64,000 bases of DNA from Acidobacteriota bacterium (GCA_013289685.1 JABCZL010000001.1:1838-65837), one strand, 5' to 3'; counted from the stretch's first letter, positions 10,019 through 20,292 are shown. Made by a program: numbers and translations. Notes: a model not told the origin generated them from the letters alone.

Positions 10019-13000
10019 GTGAAATGGGAAGCGTTGATACTGATCCTCGGGAGCATGCCATCAATCCCGGTCGTAGCCCAAAATCAAGGATCGCCACTGA
10101 GTGCCCAGCCCAACAGTGAAGCGAAGGTGGTCACTCTTCGCGGCAACGTGCATCCGCTGGCGCAGGCTCGTGACGACGTGGGAGCCGCGAGTTCCTCGAT
10201 GCCCGCCAAGCGATTGATGCTGTTGCTGAATCGTCCAGCCGACCGGGAAGCCGCTCTCGCCCAGTACATGCAGGACGTTCACACTCCGGGCTCGGCGACC
10301 CACCATCAGTGGCTCACGCCCGAAGAGTTCGGCGTCCGATTTGGGCCTGCCGACTCAGACATTCAACAAGTGTCCAACTGGCTGAGCGGGATGGGCTTTC
10401 AAGTGGCTGGCGCGTCAAAGGGCAAAACGCTGATCGAATTCTCCGGAACCGTCGGGCAGGTAAACAAGGCCTTCCATACCCAAATCCGGAAATACGCGGT
10501 GAACGGCGAAGTACATTACGCCAATGCCTCGGATCCACAGATTCCGGAAGCACTTGCGGGCATTGTGCGCGGAGTTTCGTCATTGAACGATTTTCGTCCC
10601 AAGTCCAATCTTCACGTCGTGGGGTCCGGGCACATTGATTCGGCCACCAGGAAAATCTCTCCGGATTTCACCTTGTCGGGTCAGAACGGGCCGTTCTATG
10701 CCGTCGCTCCAGAGGACTTCGCCACGCAGTACGATCTTGCGCCATTGTATGCAGCCGGGATCAACGGTAGCGGCAAGACCATCGGGATCATCAACGATTC
10801 AAACATCGATGTAAATTTGGACAGTGCTTATCGTAGCCTGTTCGGTCTGCCCGCCAACTCGACACAAGTGGTGCTGGATGGCGGTGATCCAGGGCTCAAT
10901 GGCGACGCCACCGAGGCTTACCTCGATGTTGAGATGGCGGGCGCGGTTGCACCCGGCGCTACGGTGAACCTCTACGTTGCCTCATGGGATACGGTCGCGG
11001 ACGGGCTGAATTTCCCTTTGATTCTGGCTGCAAGGCGCGCCATTGAAGATAATCAGGCGGACGTGCTGAGCGTCAGTTTCAGTGAGTGTGAGGGCTTTAT
11101 TGGAACCGCCGACAATCAGATACTGGCGGCGTTGTGGGAACAAGCCGCCGCGCAAGGACAGACGGTTTTCGTTTCTGCTGGAGATAACGGCTCGGCCGGT
11201 TGCGACAATGCCGATACCCAACAGCAGGCGATCTACGGACTCCAGGTCAACGGTTTTGCCTCGACGCCATGGAACGTCGCGGTGGGCGGTACGGACTTCT
11301 ATTACTCCGACTACGCCAGCGGCGCTGCCAGCGCGGCCAATTTGTGGAATGCCACCAACGACGCCAATTTTGGCTCGCTTAAAGCTCCCCTGCCGGAACA
11401 AGTGTGGAATGATTTTTTCGGTTTTGATGCGGTCAACCTCAACGACACCCCGCAGGGGCATTATCTTTACTCCATGGCCGCGGGCAGCGGTGGCGCGAGC
11501 AGTTGCATCAACTCCGCCGCATCCACGCCGGGGAGTGCTCTTCCGTTTGTCTGCAGCCCTGTCTCGGGAACTGTTTACGGATATGCCAAGCCAAGCTGGC
11601 AGAGTGGTCCGGGCGTCCCGGCCGATGGAGTGCGCGATCTTCCCGACGTCTCCCTGTTCGCCGCCAATGGCTATAATCTTTCCGCATATCCTATCTGCGC
11701 CAGCCCTGGCGACTGTGTCCCCGGTGCAAATCAGCAGACGCCGGTAACTTTGGTGGGCGGCACTTCGGCTTCCGCGCCCGCCATGGCCGCCATCATGGCG
11801 CTCATCGACCAGAAGTATGGACGGCAGGGACAAGCGGACTACACCTTCTATGCGCTGGCGCAACAAAAGGCATCCGCCTTCCATGACATCACGCGAGGCG
11901 GCAACAACGTCCCTTGTGGAGAGGACAACAGCGTATTCACGCCAAACTGCGAGCCCAATACCGGCGGAGCCATTAATCCTTCGTGGAACACGTTGTCCGG
12001 CTACCCCGCAACCACCGGATACGACCTGGCCAGCGGTCTCGGCAGTGTCGACGCCAACGTGCTGGTGACTAGCTGGGACACGCTCAGCTTCGCACCCACC
12101 GCGACATCCTTGCAGCTTTCACCCACCTCTTTTGCGCACGGCACTGCGGTCAAGCTCAATGTCAATGTCGAGTCCTCCGGGGGCGAATCGCCCCAGGGCG
12201 GCGTCTCCATTCTCACCAATTCGCCGGCGCCCGCAAGCCAATCTGTGGATCTCATCCCTCTGGGCAGTAATGGATCGGCCAGCGGCAGCATCGACTCCCT
12301 GCCTGGAGGCACCTACCAGGTCTGGGCCAACTACGGGGGAGACGGCTTGCACGCCAGCAGCAATTCCTCATCTGTGTCGGTTTCCGTGACTCCCGAGTCC
12401 AGCAGCATCGGTATCTCTGCCTGGAGTACGAACGGGGCGGGGTACAATCCCGCCGCCGGCTGCACCCCGGTCGTGGGCGCATATGAGACGCCCGTCGCCA
12501 GTGGTTCTTCTATTTTTCTGGGTACCCCGCTTTGGCTTGCCATACAACCCAAGGGCTCAACCTCTGCGCTCGCAACTGCCACCGGCTCCGCCACGTTCAC
12601 TTGGGATGGTCAGTCGGCAACGGTTCCTTTGAACGTCTCGGGAATTGCCACGTGGGTTACCCCTCCGACCGCCAACGCCGGCACCCACACGGTGACCGCC
12701 AGTTACTCGGGAGATGCCAGCTACGGGCCGGCCACGTCCTCACCTTTCACCTACACGGTGAAACAAGACCAGCCCCCTTTTCTTATAAATTACAGTTGGG
12801 TAAGTTCAGGTTTCGCCTGCAACACCGGCGTCCCGTGCAACGCCTACGCCGGAGACAACTATCCGGTCCAGGTTGAGTTGTTCGGAGGAGTTTGCAACCT
12901 TGCCACCGGAACCGTCACCGTCACGCTAGGTTCTCAGACGCAAACCGTAACTCTGTCCCCGGAGGGTTTCCCCCCGGGCGAAATCTTGACCGGCGTAGCC

Positions 13001-13990
13001 ATATTCCCGAACGTACAGGCCGGTACGTACCAGTTGTCAGGGAGCTACAGTGGAGACAAGAATTACCAAGCGGTGTCTCAGGGCCCGGTCACAATAGTTG
13101 TGGCGCCTTCCGCGGCGCCGCTAGTTCCCACTACGGTCGCTGCGTCCGTTAACCCATCGGTCCTTACATATAACAGCCCGACTTATGTAACTCTCACGGC
13201 CACGGTAACCGGGGGAGTCGGCGCCAATGGACCGCCGACGGGGACTATCGATATTTACCGAGACGGAGAGAATTCCTTTTCTGTCGGCCTCACGCCGTCC
13301 GGCCCTAATTCATCCACGGGAAGCTATTCGATACCGGACTTTAACTATGACTTTTACTTTGGTCTGAATCAGTTCGTTGCGGTCTATGGAGGAGATCCCA
13401 CCTACCAGGGATCGGTCAGCGCGCCCCTTCAAGTCACCGTGGTGACCACGGGAGTGATCCCCGATTTCATCCTGGCCCCGCAACTGAACCAGATCACGTT
13501 GCAGTCGGGCAGTTCGGCAACCGTCGCGCTCAACCTGGCACCGCAAAATGAATTCAGCGGCGCAGTGAATTTGACTTGCGTCCCGTCTTCCAGCCAGCTC
13601 ACATGCAGCCTCAATCCATCAAACGTGACGGTGAGCGGGCCGGCAACGGCAACGCTGACCATTGCGGTTGCAGCGCAGGCAGGCGCGTTGCCTGCGCACT
13701 CTGATCGTTATTCAGATTCGGGCAGGCGTCTTGTTTGGCTGGGGGCTTCTGGCGGATTCATGTTTGCATCGGTCTTGGCGGGAGGATTGAGGAATCGCCA
13801 GCGAAGGCTGGCCATGTTGTTCAGCCTCGCGGTCTTCGCGGCCTTGTTCTTTGCCGCTGGCTGTGGCAGCGGCAGCCATAGTATCCCGCCGCCACCGCCT
13901 CCACCGAACGCAACCACCTACAGTGTGGTGGTGAGCGGCACGGCAAACGGAATCACGCATAACGCCAAGGTCATCGTGTCAGTCCAATAG
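10019..13990 (+). CDS. Sedolisin (peptidase S53) with a pro-kumamolisin activation domain, multiple Ig-like repeats and a C-terminal TM region
   Basis: The pro-domain is followed by EAYLDVEMAG and GGTSASAPAMA (S53 Glu and Ser contexts). About 700 aa of Ser/Thr/Gly-rich beta repeats follow. The start codon is GTG. Confidence 0.88.
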   Translation: MKWEALILILGSMPSIPVVAQNQGSPLSAQPNSEAKVVTLRGNVHPLAQARDDVGAASSSMPAKRLMLLLNRPADREAALAQYMQDVHTPGSATHHQWLTPEEFGVRFGPADSDIQQVSNWLSGMGFQVAGASKGKTLIEFSGTVGQVNKAFHTQIRKYAVNGEVHYANASDPQIPEALAGIVRGVSSLNDFRPKSNLHVVGSGHIDSATRKISPDFTLSGQNGPFYAVAPEDFATQYDLAPLYAAGINGSGKTIGIINDSNIDVNLDSAYRSLFGLPANSTQVVLDGGDPGLNGDATEAYLDVEMAGAVAPGATVNLYVASWDTVADGLNFPLILAARRAIEDNQADVLSVSFSECEGFIGTADNQILAALWEQAAAQGQTVFVSAGDNGSAGCDNADTQQQAIYGLQVNGFASTPWNVAVGGTDFYYSDYASGAASAANLWNATNDANFGSLKAPLPEQVWNDFFGFDAVNLNDTPQGHYLYSMAAGSGGASSCINSAASTPGSALPFVCSPVSGTVYGYAKPSWQSGPGVPADGVRDLPDVSLFAANGYNLSAYPICASPGDCVPGANQQTPVTLVGGTSASAPAMAAIMALIDQKYGRQGQADYTFYALAQQKASAFHDITRGGNNVPCGEDNSVFTPNCEPNTGGAINPSWNTLSGYPATTGYDLASGLGSVDANVLVTSWDTLSFAPTATSLQLSPTSFAHGTAVKLNVNVESSGGESPQGGVSILTNSPAPASQSVDLIPLGSNGSASGSIDSLPGGTYQVWANYGGDGLHASSNSSSVSVSVTPESSSIGISAWSTNGAGYNPAAGCTPVVGAYETPVASGSSIFLGTPLWLAIQPKGSTSALATATGSATFTWDGQSATVPLNVSGIATWVTPPTANAGTHTVTASYSGDASYGPATSSPFTYTVKQDQPPFLINYSWVSSGFACNTGVPCNAYAGDNYPVQVELFGGVCNLATGTVTVTLGSQTQTVTLSPEGFPPGEILTGVAIFPNVQAGTYQLSGSYSGDKNYQAVSQGPVTIVVAPSAAPLVPTTVAASVNPSVLTYNSPTYVTLTATVTGGVGANGPPTGTIDIYRDGENSFSVGLTPSGPNSSTGSYSIPDFNYDFYFGLNQFVAVYGGDPTYQGSVSAPLQVTVVTTGVIPDFILAPQLNQITLQSGSSATVALNLAPQNEFSGAVNLTCVPSSSQLTCSLNPSNVTVSGPATATLTIAVAAQAGALPAHSDRYSDSGRRLVWLGASGGFMFASVLAGGLRNRQRRLAMLFSLAVFAALFFAAGCGSGSHSIPPPPPPPNATTYSVVVSGTANGITHNAKVIVSVQ

Positions 13991-14012
13991 CGCGCTGTTT
14001 CGTTTGGCAGAA

Positions 14013-14396
14013 CTACGCAGATCCTACGAGGCTGTAGAGCAGGACCGCGAATACCATCAAGGTGAAAAGCACGTACATGCGGTCGCGCTCTTCTGCAAAC
14101 CCGAAGATCGAAAATGCGACTCGCGCTATCGGAGTCGCGATCAACAGTAAGAGTCCCAACTGGATGATCCCCCGGCCTCGCAATGCCAATGTATCGCGGA
14201 TGATTCCGTGGACGTTTCGAAGGTCTGCGGGTTCGCCACGGAAGGCGCGGAAATCCACGGCAGAATGACCATGCCGAAGGAGATAAATGACGCCACCAAT
14301 GGCTACAACCAGCGCAGACAGAAGTACTCCAGCACGCAGCAGGTTGCCCAGAATATTTTCAATCCTTTGATCGGTCCAGCGCCGTTCTGGAAGCAC
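14013..14396 (-). CDS. DUF1634 membrane protein
   Basis: ..RIENILGNLLRAGVLLSALVVAIGG.. is DUF1634-like. The gene sits immediately downstream of a TauE gene, which is the usual pairing. Confidence 0.8.
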   Translation of the reverse strand: MLPERRWTDQRIENILGNLLRAGVLLSALVVAIGGVIYLLRHGHSAVDFRAFRGEPADLRNVHGIIRDTLALRGRGIIQLGLLLLIATPIARVAFSIFGFAEERDRMYVLFTLMVFAVLLYSLVGSA

Positions 14397-15233
14397 TTAG
14401 ATCCTTCCGGAAAGCCCGTTATAGAGCATCTCAATGGCTAGAAGAACGATCACCAAGCTGAACCCGAGGCGCAGCCATTTTGTATGCACTTTGATCAGAA
14501 TCCTGGCGCCCAACAAGGAACCGGCGAGAACCCCTAGCATCACCGGCATGACAAGCCCAGGATCAATGTAACCGCGGTTCAGATACACACCCGCGCTGGC
14601 TGCGGCAGTCACCCCGATCATGAAATTGCTCGTGGTGGTTGACACTTTGAAGGGTATTTTCATCGCTTGGTCCATGGCAAGAACCTTCATTGCTCCGGAG
14701 CCGATACCAAGCAGTCCTGACAAAGCGCCAGCGCCAAACATGAGAGCCCAGCCAGTCGGAACATGCTGCACGTTGTAACTTCTAGGACCGTCCGCGTCCG
14801 GGAAACTGCCGTTCAAGCGCAACCGGGTAGCAAGTGGATCGGGTGGAACTTCGCGTTCAGCTTGCGATCGAGGTTTCCGGGAAAAGTATGCGGAAAACAG
14901 CAGGACCACTCCAAAGACAATTGCAATTGCATGCGTTGATACCCGTGCCGCAAGGTTTGCGCCGAGAAGGGCGCCCAAAGTGGTCGCAATCTCAAGGAAC
15001 ATACCGATTCTGATATTAGAGAAGCCCTCTTTTACGTAAGCCGCCGCCGGGCCGGAAGAAGTCGCGATCACGGAAACAAGCGAAGCGCCGATGGCATAGC
15101 GGATGTCAACCTTGAAGAACAGGCTGAGCAGTGGTACGAGGACAACGCCGCCGCCTAGCCCAGTCAAAGCGCCAATCAGACCGGCGATCAGTGAACTGCC
15201 GCATACCGGCAGGCTAAACTCCAGGATGGTCAA
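14397..15233 (-). CDS. TauE/SafE (DUF81) sulfite-exporter-family membrane protein
   Basis: A polytopic protein with repeated GxGGG motifs (LTGLGGGVVLVPLL, LLGIGSGAMKV). The TTG start follows AAGGAG. Confidence 0.85.
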   Translation of the reverse strand: MTILEFSLPVCGSSLIAGLIGALTGLGGGVVLVPLLSLFFKVDIRYAIGASLVSVIATSSGPAAAYVKEGFSNIRIGMFLEIATTLGALLGANLAARVSTHAIAIVFGVVLLFSAYFSRKPRSQAEREVPPDPLATRLRLNGSFPDADGPRSYNVQHVPTGWALMFGAGALSGLLGIGSGAMKVLAMDQAMKIPFKVSTTTSNFMIGVTAAASAGVYLNRGYIDPGLVMPVMLGVLAGSLLGARILIKVHTKWLRLGFSLVIVLLAIEMLYNGLSGRI

Positions 15234-15317
15234 GAAGCTCCTTTAGCGGCCCAGAAAGACACAGCACAAGAACTCTAAACGTTTTGCTCTATTCCGTTGT
15301 TGAGAATCGGCGCTTGC

Positions 15318-15746
15318 TCAATGTCGAGTTTGAACTTTCTTGGACCTGAGAATATCGGCGATTGTTGTATTTTCCAGGATGTCGGCGGTCGCATCCCTCA
15401 CATCAAGAAACACCTGGTAGAGAGCCCGATGGCTCTTATCTCGCGCAATTAGAGTCCGTAGTTGATCTGCATCGCCAAATGGCGCGAGCGGACCATCCAT
15501 CAAGCGGATGATGTCGCTGAGGCAGATGTCGGCCGGATGCCGGCGAAGCTTGTAGCCTCCCCTTGCACCACGTTCGCTATCGAGAATCCGCGCATGCTTG
15601 AGTTCAAGCAGGATCAGTTCAAGGAACTTCGGGGGTAAGCCTTCCTCCTGTGCAATATCTCGGACTTTGATAGCACCGTCTTCGTGATGCCGTGCAAGCA
15701 TTGTGATGGCTTGCAGCGCATAGAGTCCTTTTTGTGAGATCTTCAT
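15318..15746 (-). CDS. Rrf2-family transcriptional regulator
   Basis: MKISQKGLYALQAITMLARH.. is a canonical Rrf2 N-terminal wHTH. I use the ATG at 15746; the track start at 15857 adds 37 unlikely residues. Confidence 0.88.
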   Translation of the reverse strand: MKISQKGLYALQAITMLARHHEDGAIKVRDIAQEEGLPPKFLELILLELKHARILDSERGARGGYKLRRHPADICLSDIIRLMDGPLAPFGDADQLRTLIARDKSHRALYQVFLDVRDATADILENTTIADILRSKKVQTRH

Positions 15747-15908
15747 GCTTCTGCAGGTTCCGTCGCCTTCCACAGCGTGAGCCAATGTACAGCCAGTGTA
15801 CAACCGCGCCCTTGCAGGTTTGGCGCTCGCGACCGCGCGGTTTTCGCGGCGAGACATTTACCAACATTGCGCGCAAGTCCATGAATGGCTTTTGCAGTAA
15901 CTTCATTT

Positions 15909-16457
15909 CTAAATCTTCTCGAAGAAGTGCGCAACGCTCTTGCCTGCATCCTCTGTGGAATAGATGACGACCTTTGTGCCTCTTTCGCCCCCCGCTGCCA
16001 CGCCTTTGCCGGCGTCCGCAGCCGCGTGCCTCGTCAGCGTGAACGCATGCTCGGTGCCGTCCGCAGATTCGATAACTAGCTTCTTCCCGCCGCGATCGAC
16101 CTCTTTCAGCGTCCCTTCGGTCCTCTTGAGACCGGTGTCTCCAACCTTATCTACTTCAACAGCTGTATCCTTCGCACCCCGCTTTGTGGAGTGCGCCACG
16201 ACTTCCGAACCCTCTTTCAAACCGTGCCACGAATCTGCCGCGGCCACATCGGTGGCTTTCATCCCATGAACGCTAGTGTCCTTGGCCCAGTAGAAAATGT
16301 GTTCTGCGCCATCGGCGGTTTTGACAGCAAATGTCTTGGTCGCTTTGTCAATCTTGGTGATCGTGCCGTGGGTTGCGGTGACGACGTCTTCAATAGCAAA
16401 ACCATATGAAACGACTGAACAAACGAGAATTGCGACTCCGATGATTTTCATGTGCAT
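15909..16457 (-). CDS. Secreted hypothetical protein made of two tandem ~70-aa repeats
   Basis: A signal peptide is followed by GTITKIDKATKTFAVKTADGAEHIF.. and GTLKEVDRGGKKLVIESADGTEHAF... AGGGAGA lies upstream. Confidence 0.8.
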   Translation of the reverse strand: MHMKIIGVAILVCSVVSYGFAIEDVVTATHGTITKIDKATKTFAVKTADGAEHIFYWAKDTSVHGMKATDVAAADSWHGLKEGSEVVAHSTKRGAKDTAVEVDKVGDTGLKRTEGTLKEVDRGGKKLVIESADGTEHAFTLTRHAAADAGKGVAAGGERGTKVVIYSTEDAGKSVAHFFEKI

Positions 16458-16506
16458 TGTTCTCCCTTTCGTCCGCTAAATGACGTAAGACTTTGATGAA
16501 CTTCCA

Positions 16507-16839
16507 CTACGCGCAGTCGAGCAATCGACTGCTTCTTGGGCGGTCAACCTGAGTTGTTGTGCATGAGGTAACCTCACCTGCACTCGCGCTCGTAGGTCCC
16601 TGATCTCCGGCAGTCGGTGAGGCTGCAACATACACTTCCGCGGAAACGCCGTCGCTGGTCTGGAAAGCTGTTCCAATAGGTGCTCTTTGGGCTTGAGGAC
16701 GATGCATGAGTTCGCTGTAGAAGACGAGTAGCAAAGACGCAATCGCGGACAACAAGTAAATTCGCTCACGCTCCCAATCCAATTGCACGAGCGAAACAAT
16801 CAAACACGCAAGTAACAAAACACGTTTCAAACGTTTCAT
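16507..16839 (-). CDS. Hypothetical small membrane protein
   Basis: ATG start with two hydrophobic segments (VLLLACLIVSLV, LLSAIASLLLVF) and a low-complexity tail. No family was recognised. Confidence 0.35.
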   Translation of the reverse strand: MKRLKRVLLLACLIVSLVQLDWERERIYLLSAIASLLLVFYSELMHRPQAQRAPIGTAFQTSDGVSAEVYVAASPTAGDQGPTSASAGEVTSCTTTQVDRPRSSRLLDCA

Positions 16840-16917
16840 ATGGATGCCCTTCGCTGATTCTGCGACTTTTCTTCGCCTCCCGACTCGCGCTTGAAGAGTA
16901 CAAATCGAGGGACAGCT

Positions 16918-17664
16918 TCAGGGCGCAGTTTCAATTACGCGCAAGAGCATGCCGCTGCCCCCTCTTATTTTCACGTTGCCCTTGCTGGAGTGCAGCGAGA
17001 TCTGACCAACCGGATCGCTCCGACCTGCGTGTGCAAGGGTCAAGTTTGGCAGATCGTAAAGGCCACAGGCATCGGAAGAGAACACCCACAACGCCTGCAC
17101 TTGGTCGTTCCCATCCATCTCGCCGCGGCATTTCGTGCCAGGTATTGACCTCAAGTGGACCAGCACGCCACTGCCCAGCACAGAATTTCCAACGATATTC
17201 GAGCCGTTTGCCACAACTCCTCCGCGATAGACAACCTCGCCTCCGATCTGATCAGTGGTCCATGCGTTTTCGGAAGTTCCTCGATCCGGGCCGCTCTCCG
17301 GAACCTGTGCTTCAGATACATCCATCATGGTCGCCAACGCCCTCAGGTTCGTTATCATCGGAACACGCCGTTTTCCCGTCGCCAACGTGTCAAAGCGCAA
17401 GGACAGGTCCGCCATCATTCCGTTAACCGCAGGTCTGGCAGCGACAATATGTCCGATGACTTTCGCACCAGCATGAATCTTGCGCCCTCCTGGCAATGGC
17501 ACATCCTGCATAATTCGGGCACTGATTTGCTCTCCCACTCGCGCCTTGTCCGAGCGCAGTGAAGAATTCAACTGAACCGGCAGGATGGTTCCCACAGGAA
17601 TCTCGTCCTGCCCAAACAATTGCGTCGAAAATGCGATTAGAGTGACGAACAAAAACCGTTTCAT
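16918..17664 (-). CDS. Secreted hypothetical protein
   Basis: Signal peptide MKRFLFVTLIAFSTQLFGQ, with GGGAGG upstream of the ATG. Confidence 0.75.
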   Translation of the reverse strand: MKRFLFVTLIAFSTQLFGQDEIPVGTILPVQLNSSLRSDKARVGEQISARIMQDVPLPGGRKIHAGAKVIGHIVAARPAVNGMMADLSLRFDTLATGKRRVPMITNLRALATMMDVSEAQVPESGPDRGTSENAWTTDQIGGEVVYRGGVVANGSNIVGNSVLGSGVLVHLRSIPGTKCRGEMDGNDQVQALWVFSSDACGLYDLPNLTLAHAGRSDPVGQISLHSSKGNVKIRGGSGMLLRVIETAP

Positions 17665-17908
17665 ACTGAACCTCCCGGGTTACGTCATAAGCGACGCCTC
17701 GTTTCTGTGATCGTTATTCTCCCAACCATTTGAGGTCTCCGCCCCGCATCTTCACAAGAGGCTCACGATCTCGTAGAAAGCAGCAGGACCGTTCTCGTAG
17801 GGATCGATTCCTAGGAAAATGATCCTGCCGCCTGCAAAAGCACGACGACTTTCGTTTTTGTGCCTATCACCTCCGATGTCGTTCCTTTCGCCTTCCGCAT
17901 CTCGAACC

Positions 17909-18523
17909 TCATTTGCTCCCACCACCGAACGCGTAGCCAATCGAGACACCATAAATAACCGGGTGGCTCGAACTGAATTCCGCGTTGTTGTTTATGAGGT
18001 ACAGTCGCATTTCTGGCCGAACAAAGAAGTTTCCGTATGGGTAGAAGCGAAGGCCTCCCCCAAAGTCGCCCATGAAATGGTTGCTGCTCATGTAATTGGT
18101 GCAGTTTCCGTAAATGTCGCAGTTCTGGTAACTGTTCGAGTAGAAGCGGATGCTTTCTCCTCCGATTCCAGCCAACGCCTCGGCTCCAAAATACTTACTG
18201 AACCGCCGCGCATACATGGCGTTAAAGTCGTAGAAAAGCGGCCGGTAAGGAAGTTGGCCGCCATACATGCCCTGGCTTGCTCTCCAGTTCACTTCGGCCT
18301 GCACTCCAACGTTCCCCTTCCAGAACGGCTTGAAGAGAACATCTCCATTGAATCCCACAAACGCTCCACCACCCTCGGCCGGTAGGAAGGTCCCACCACT
18401 AAAACTGTTGCCAGGCGAGTTGAGGGACCCTCCTGCGAAAGCGACGTCGATTTGTTGAGCTCGGGCTAGTGCGGCGAAGGAACAAATCCAACACGTAATT
18501 GCAACTGCAATCAGCCTTCTCAT
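17909..18523 (-). CDS. Outer-membrane beta-barrel protein (OmpA-N/porin-like)
   Basis: Signal peptide MRRLIAVAITCWICSFAALARAQQ, alternating aromatic/Gly beta-strand pattern, GGAGGA upstream. The ATG is at 18523. Confidence 0.6.
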   Translation of the reverse strand: MRRLIAVAITCWICSFAALARAQQIDVAFAGGSLNSPGNSFSGGTFLPAEGGGAFVGFNGDVLFKPFWKGNVGVQAEVNWRASQGMYGGQLPYRPLFYDFNAMYARRFSKYFGAEALAGIGGESIRFYSNSYQNCDIYGNCTNYMSSNHFMGDFGGGLRFYPYGNFFVRPEMRLYLINNNAEFSSSHPVIYGVSIGYAFGGGSK

Positions 18524-18576
18524 GTGTCCTCCATTAGTAATCATTAGGCCAAGCCGTTACTGGCTCGGCCGCCGTT

Positions 18577-19530
18577 TCACGAATGTCCACCGCCTGCTGA
18601 TTTCCGACCTTCCGAGAGCGAGCTGGCAGCCGGAACCATGACGAGGCTGAAGTCGATGGTTACGCGGCTGCCAGTTGGGGGGGCTCCTTCAAAACCGTGG
18701 TAGTCCTCACCTAAACCGGTAGGGGTCAGTGCTTGAGATTTCACCGAGACTGTCTTCCCGGTGCAGGAAGGCCCCGCATAGTCTTCGCCCACATTAGCGG
18801 GCACCTGACACTGCTCGTTGTTGACAACCACCGGCCAATCGCTTTGCAAGATTGCCGAACGCAGTCCGGGAAAATCCTCGTGCGGAATAGACGCAGATGC
18901 CGAAAGCTCCAAGCCGTCATCCTGCCTTACTCCGTGGTCGGTGGCTGACCTGCGAAGGATGAATGCAACTTGGCGTTTGATGGTGTGGACTACTGGTTCT
19001 CCGTAGATCGGGCCTGCGTAGGCTTCATTGGGTGTCGCGTCAACACTGCGCTCGACACGAACAAGCGTCAGGTTACCCGTCGCAGTTAGGGCACCATCTT
19101 TGGTGCGTGCTATGCGCTCCGATTTGAAAATCAGCTCGCTGTAGTCGACGGCATTCGGACTTCGAGCATTTGCCAATTTGCCATCAAGACCAGTCGGGCC
19201 ACCGGCATCTGCCGGACAAAGCACGAGTTCAATCTTGCTCCTCGCAGCTTTCGCTCCGCCAAGGAACAGATTCCCGCCTACGCGAGCAACCCCAATGTTG
19301 AGGGCATGGGGGGCGGCACGTGAGCCCAGGAAAAGCCTGACGCTAGAGTCACCCGAATCAAGCCAGAGATTCGGCGTCCGCGGCGCTGCTGAAGCATTCG
19401 TCGTGGAAGTGGGACCGCCATGTACCAGGGCTGCTTTCCCGTTTTCCGTATCGGTTTGGAAGCGAGGTTGTTGGGCATTTACGGGCGTAAAACATCCCAA
19501 AAGCAGGAACATCAAACTAGACCTCTTCAT
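18577..19530 (-). CDS. Secreted hypothetical protein (possibly YceI-like)
   Basis: The ATG at 19530 gives MKRSSLMFLLLGCFTPVNAQQ. The segment ..FKSERIARTKDGALTATGNLTLV.. resembles YceI. The track start at 19686 would overlap the Rieske gene. Confidence 0.6.
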   Translation of the reverse strand: MKRSSLMFLLLGCFTPVNAQQPRFQTDTENGKAALVHGGPTSTTNASAAPRTPNLWLDSGDSSVRLFLGSRAAPHALNIGVARVGGNLFLGGAKAARSKIELVLCPADAGGPTGLDGKLANARSPNAVDYSELIFKSERIARTKDGALTATGNLTLVRVERSVDATPNEAYAGPIYGEPVVHTIKRQVAFILRRSATDHGVRQDDGLELSASASIPHEDFPGLRSAILQSDWPVVVNNEQCQVPANVGEDYAGPSCTGKTVSVKSQALTPTGLGEDYHGFEGAPPTGSRVTIDFSLVMVPAASSLSEGRKSAGGGHS

Positions 19531-19567
19531 AAATCCACCTCTAAGCCCTCGCTTGTTCTGCACCACG

Positions 19568-20233
19568 TCATGCGGACAAATAAGCTCCTCGGTCGTTGAA
19601 TTGGTCTCGCTGGCCCTTGGGCCACGAATAAAGGTGACCAACGTCGACGACAATCTGTCCGTCGGGGGCCACTGCGAGTTGGGCACGGTCCATCGGTCTC
19701 GGAGCCGGACCTTCGAAATTAATTCCCTCGCTGTCGTAGCCGCTGCCGTGGCACGGGCACTTGAATTTGTTCTCGGCTGGCTTCCAATCAGGAGTGCAGC
19801 CTAGATGTGTGCAGCGCGCGTAAATGACAAAAAGCCGATCAGGTGTTCGGTCCACCCAAATCCGGTACTTCTGCAGATATTTTTCGTCGATACCGAGCGC
19901 ATAATCGGCTGGGTATCCAATCTTGAAGACGGTAGCCGGTTCAAAGAGCACACGCGGCAGGAAGAATCGGAAGAACGCGATGAACCATGCCGCAAGAAAA
20001 GCAACTACGCAACTCCAAACAAATCTGCGGCGCCGCCGATCCGTGACGGTGTTCGGCGGCCCGACGGAAGGCACGCCGGCTGCAGCCGCCGCTTTCGAAG
20101 TCCCGACCGCCGGGGTGCCAACGTATTGGGTGGCGTTGGGTCTGGAGGCCGATTGATCTGCGGTCGCCACGAGCGCCTGTTGTCTCGATTGACTTTCTCC
20201 CTGCACGTCTTCCACCGCTGTTTTGTCAGGCAC
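19568..20233 (-). CDS. Rieske [2Fe-2S] domain protein with an N-terminal TM helix
   Basis: CTHLGCTPDW...CPCHGSGYD is the Rieske CxH..CxxH signature. The start codon is GTG. Confidence 0.85.
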   Translation of the reverse strand: MPDKTAVEDVQGESQSRQQALVATADQSASRPNATQYVGTPAVGTSKAAAAAGVPSVGPPNTVTDRRRRRFVWSCVVAFLAAWFIAFFRFFLPRVLFEPATVFKIGYPADYALGIDEKYLQKYRIWVDRTPDRLFVIYARCTHLGCTPDWKPAENKFKCPCHGSGYDSEGINFEGPAPRPMDRAQLAVAPDGQIVVDVGHLYSWPKGQRDQFNDRGAYLSA

Positions 20234-20292
20234 CCTCTTGCCCTTTCTACATTCGGTCCGGACAACCTCGACGTGTCGACCACAGGAATCCG

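Noticed and set aside
10982-11884. 300-aa minus-strand ORF inside the S53 peptidase gene. Similar shadows lie at 5193..5954, 35259..36062, 44725..45462, 45985..46782 and 51916..52710.
   Set aside because: All lie antisense within long ORFs that have strong family signatures. None has a ribosome-binding site or a recognisable motif.
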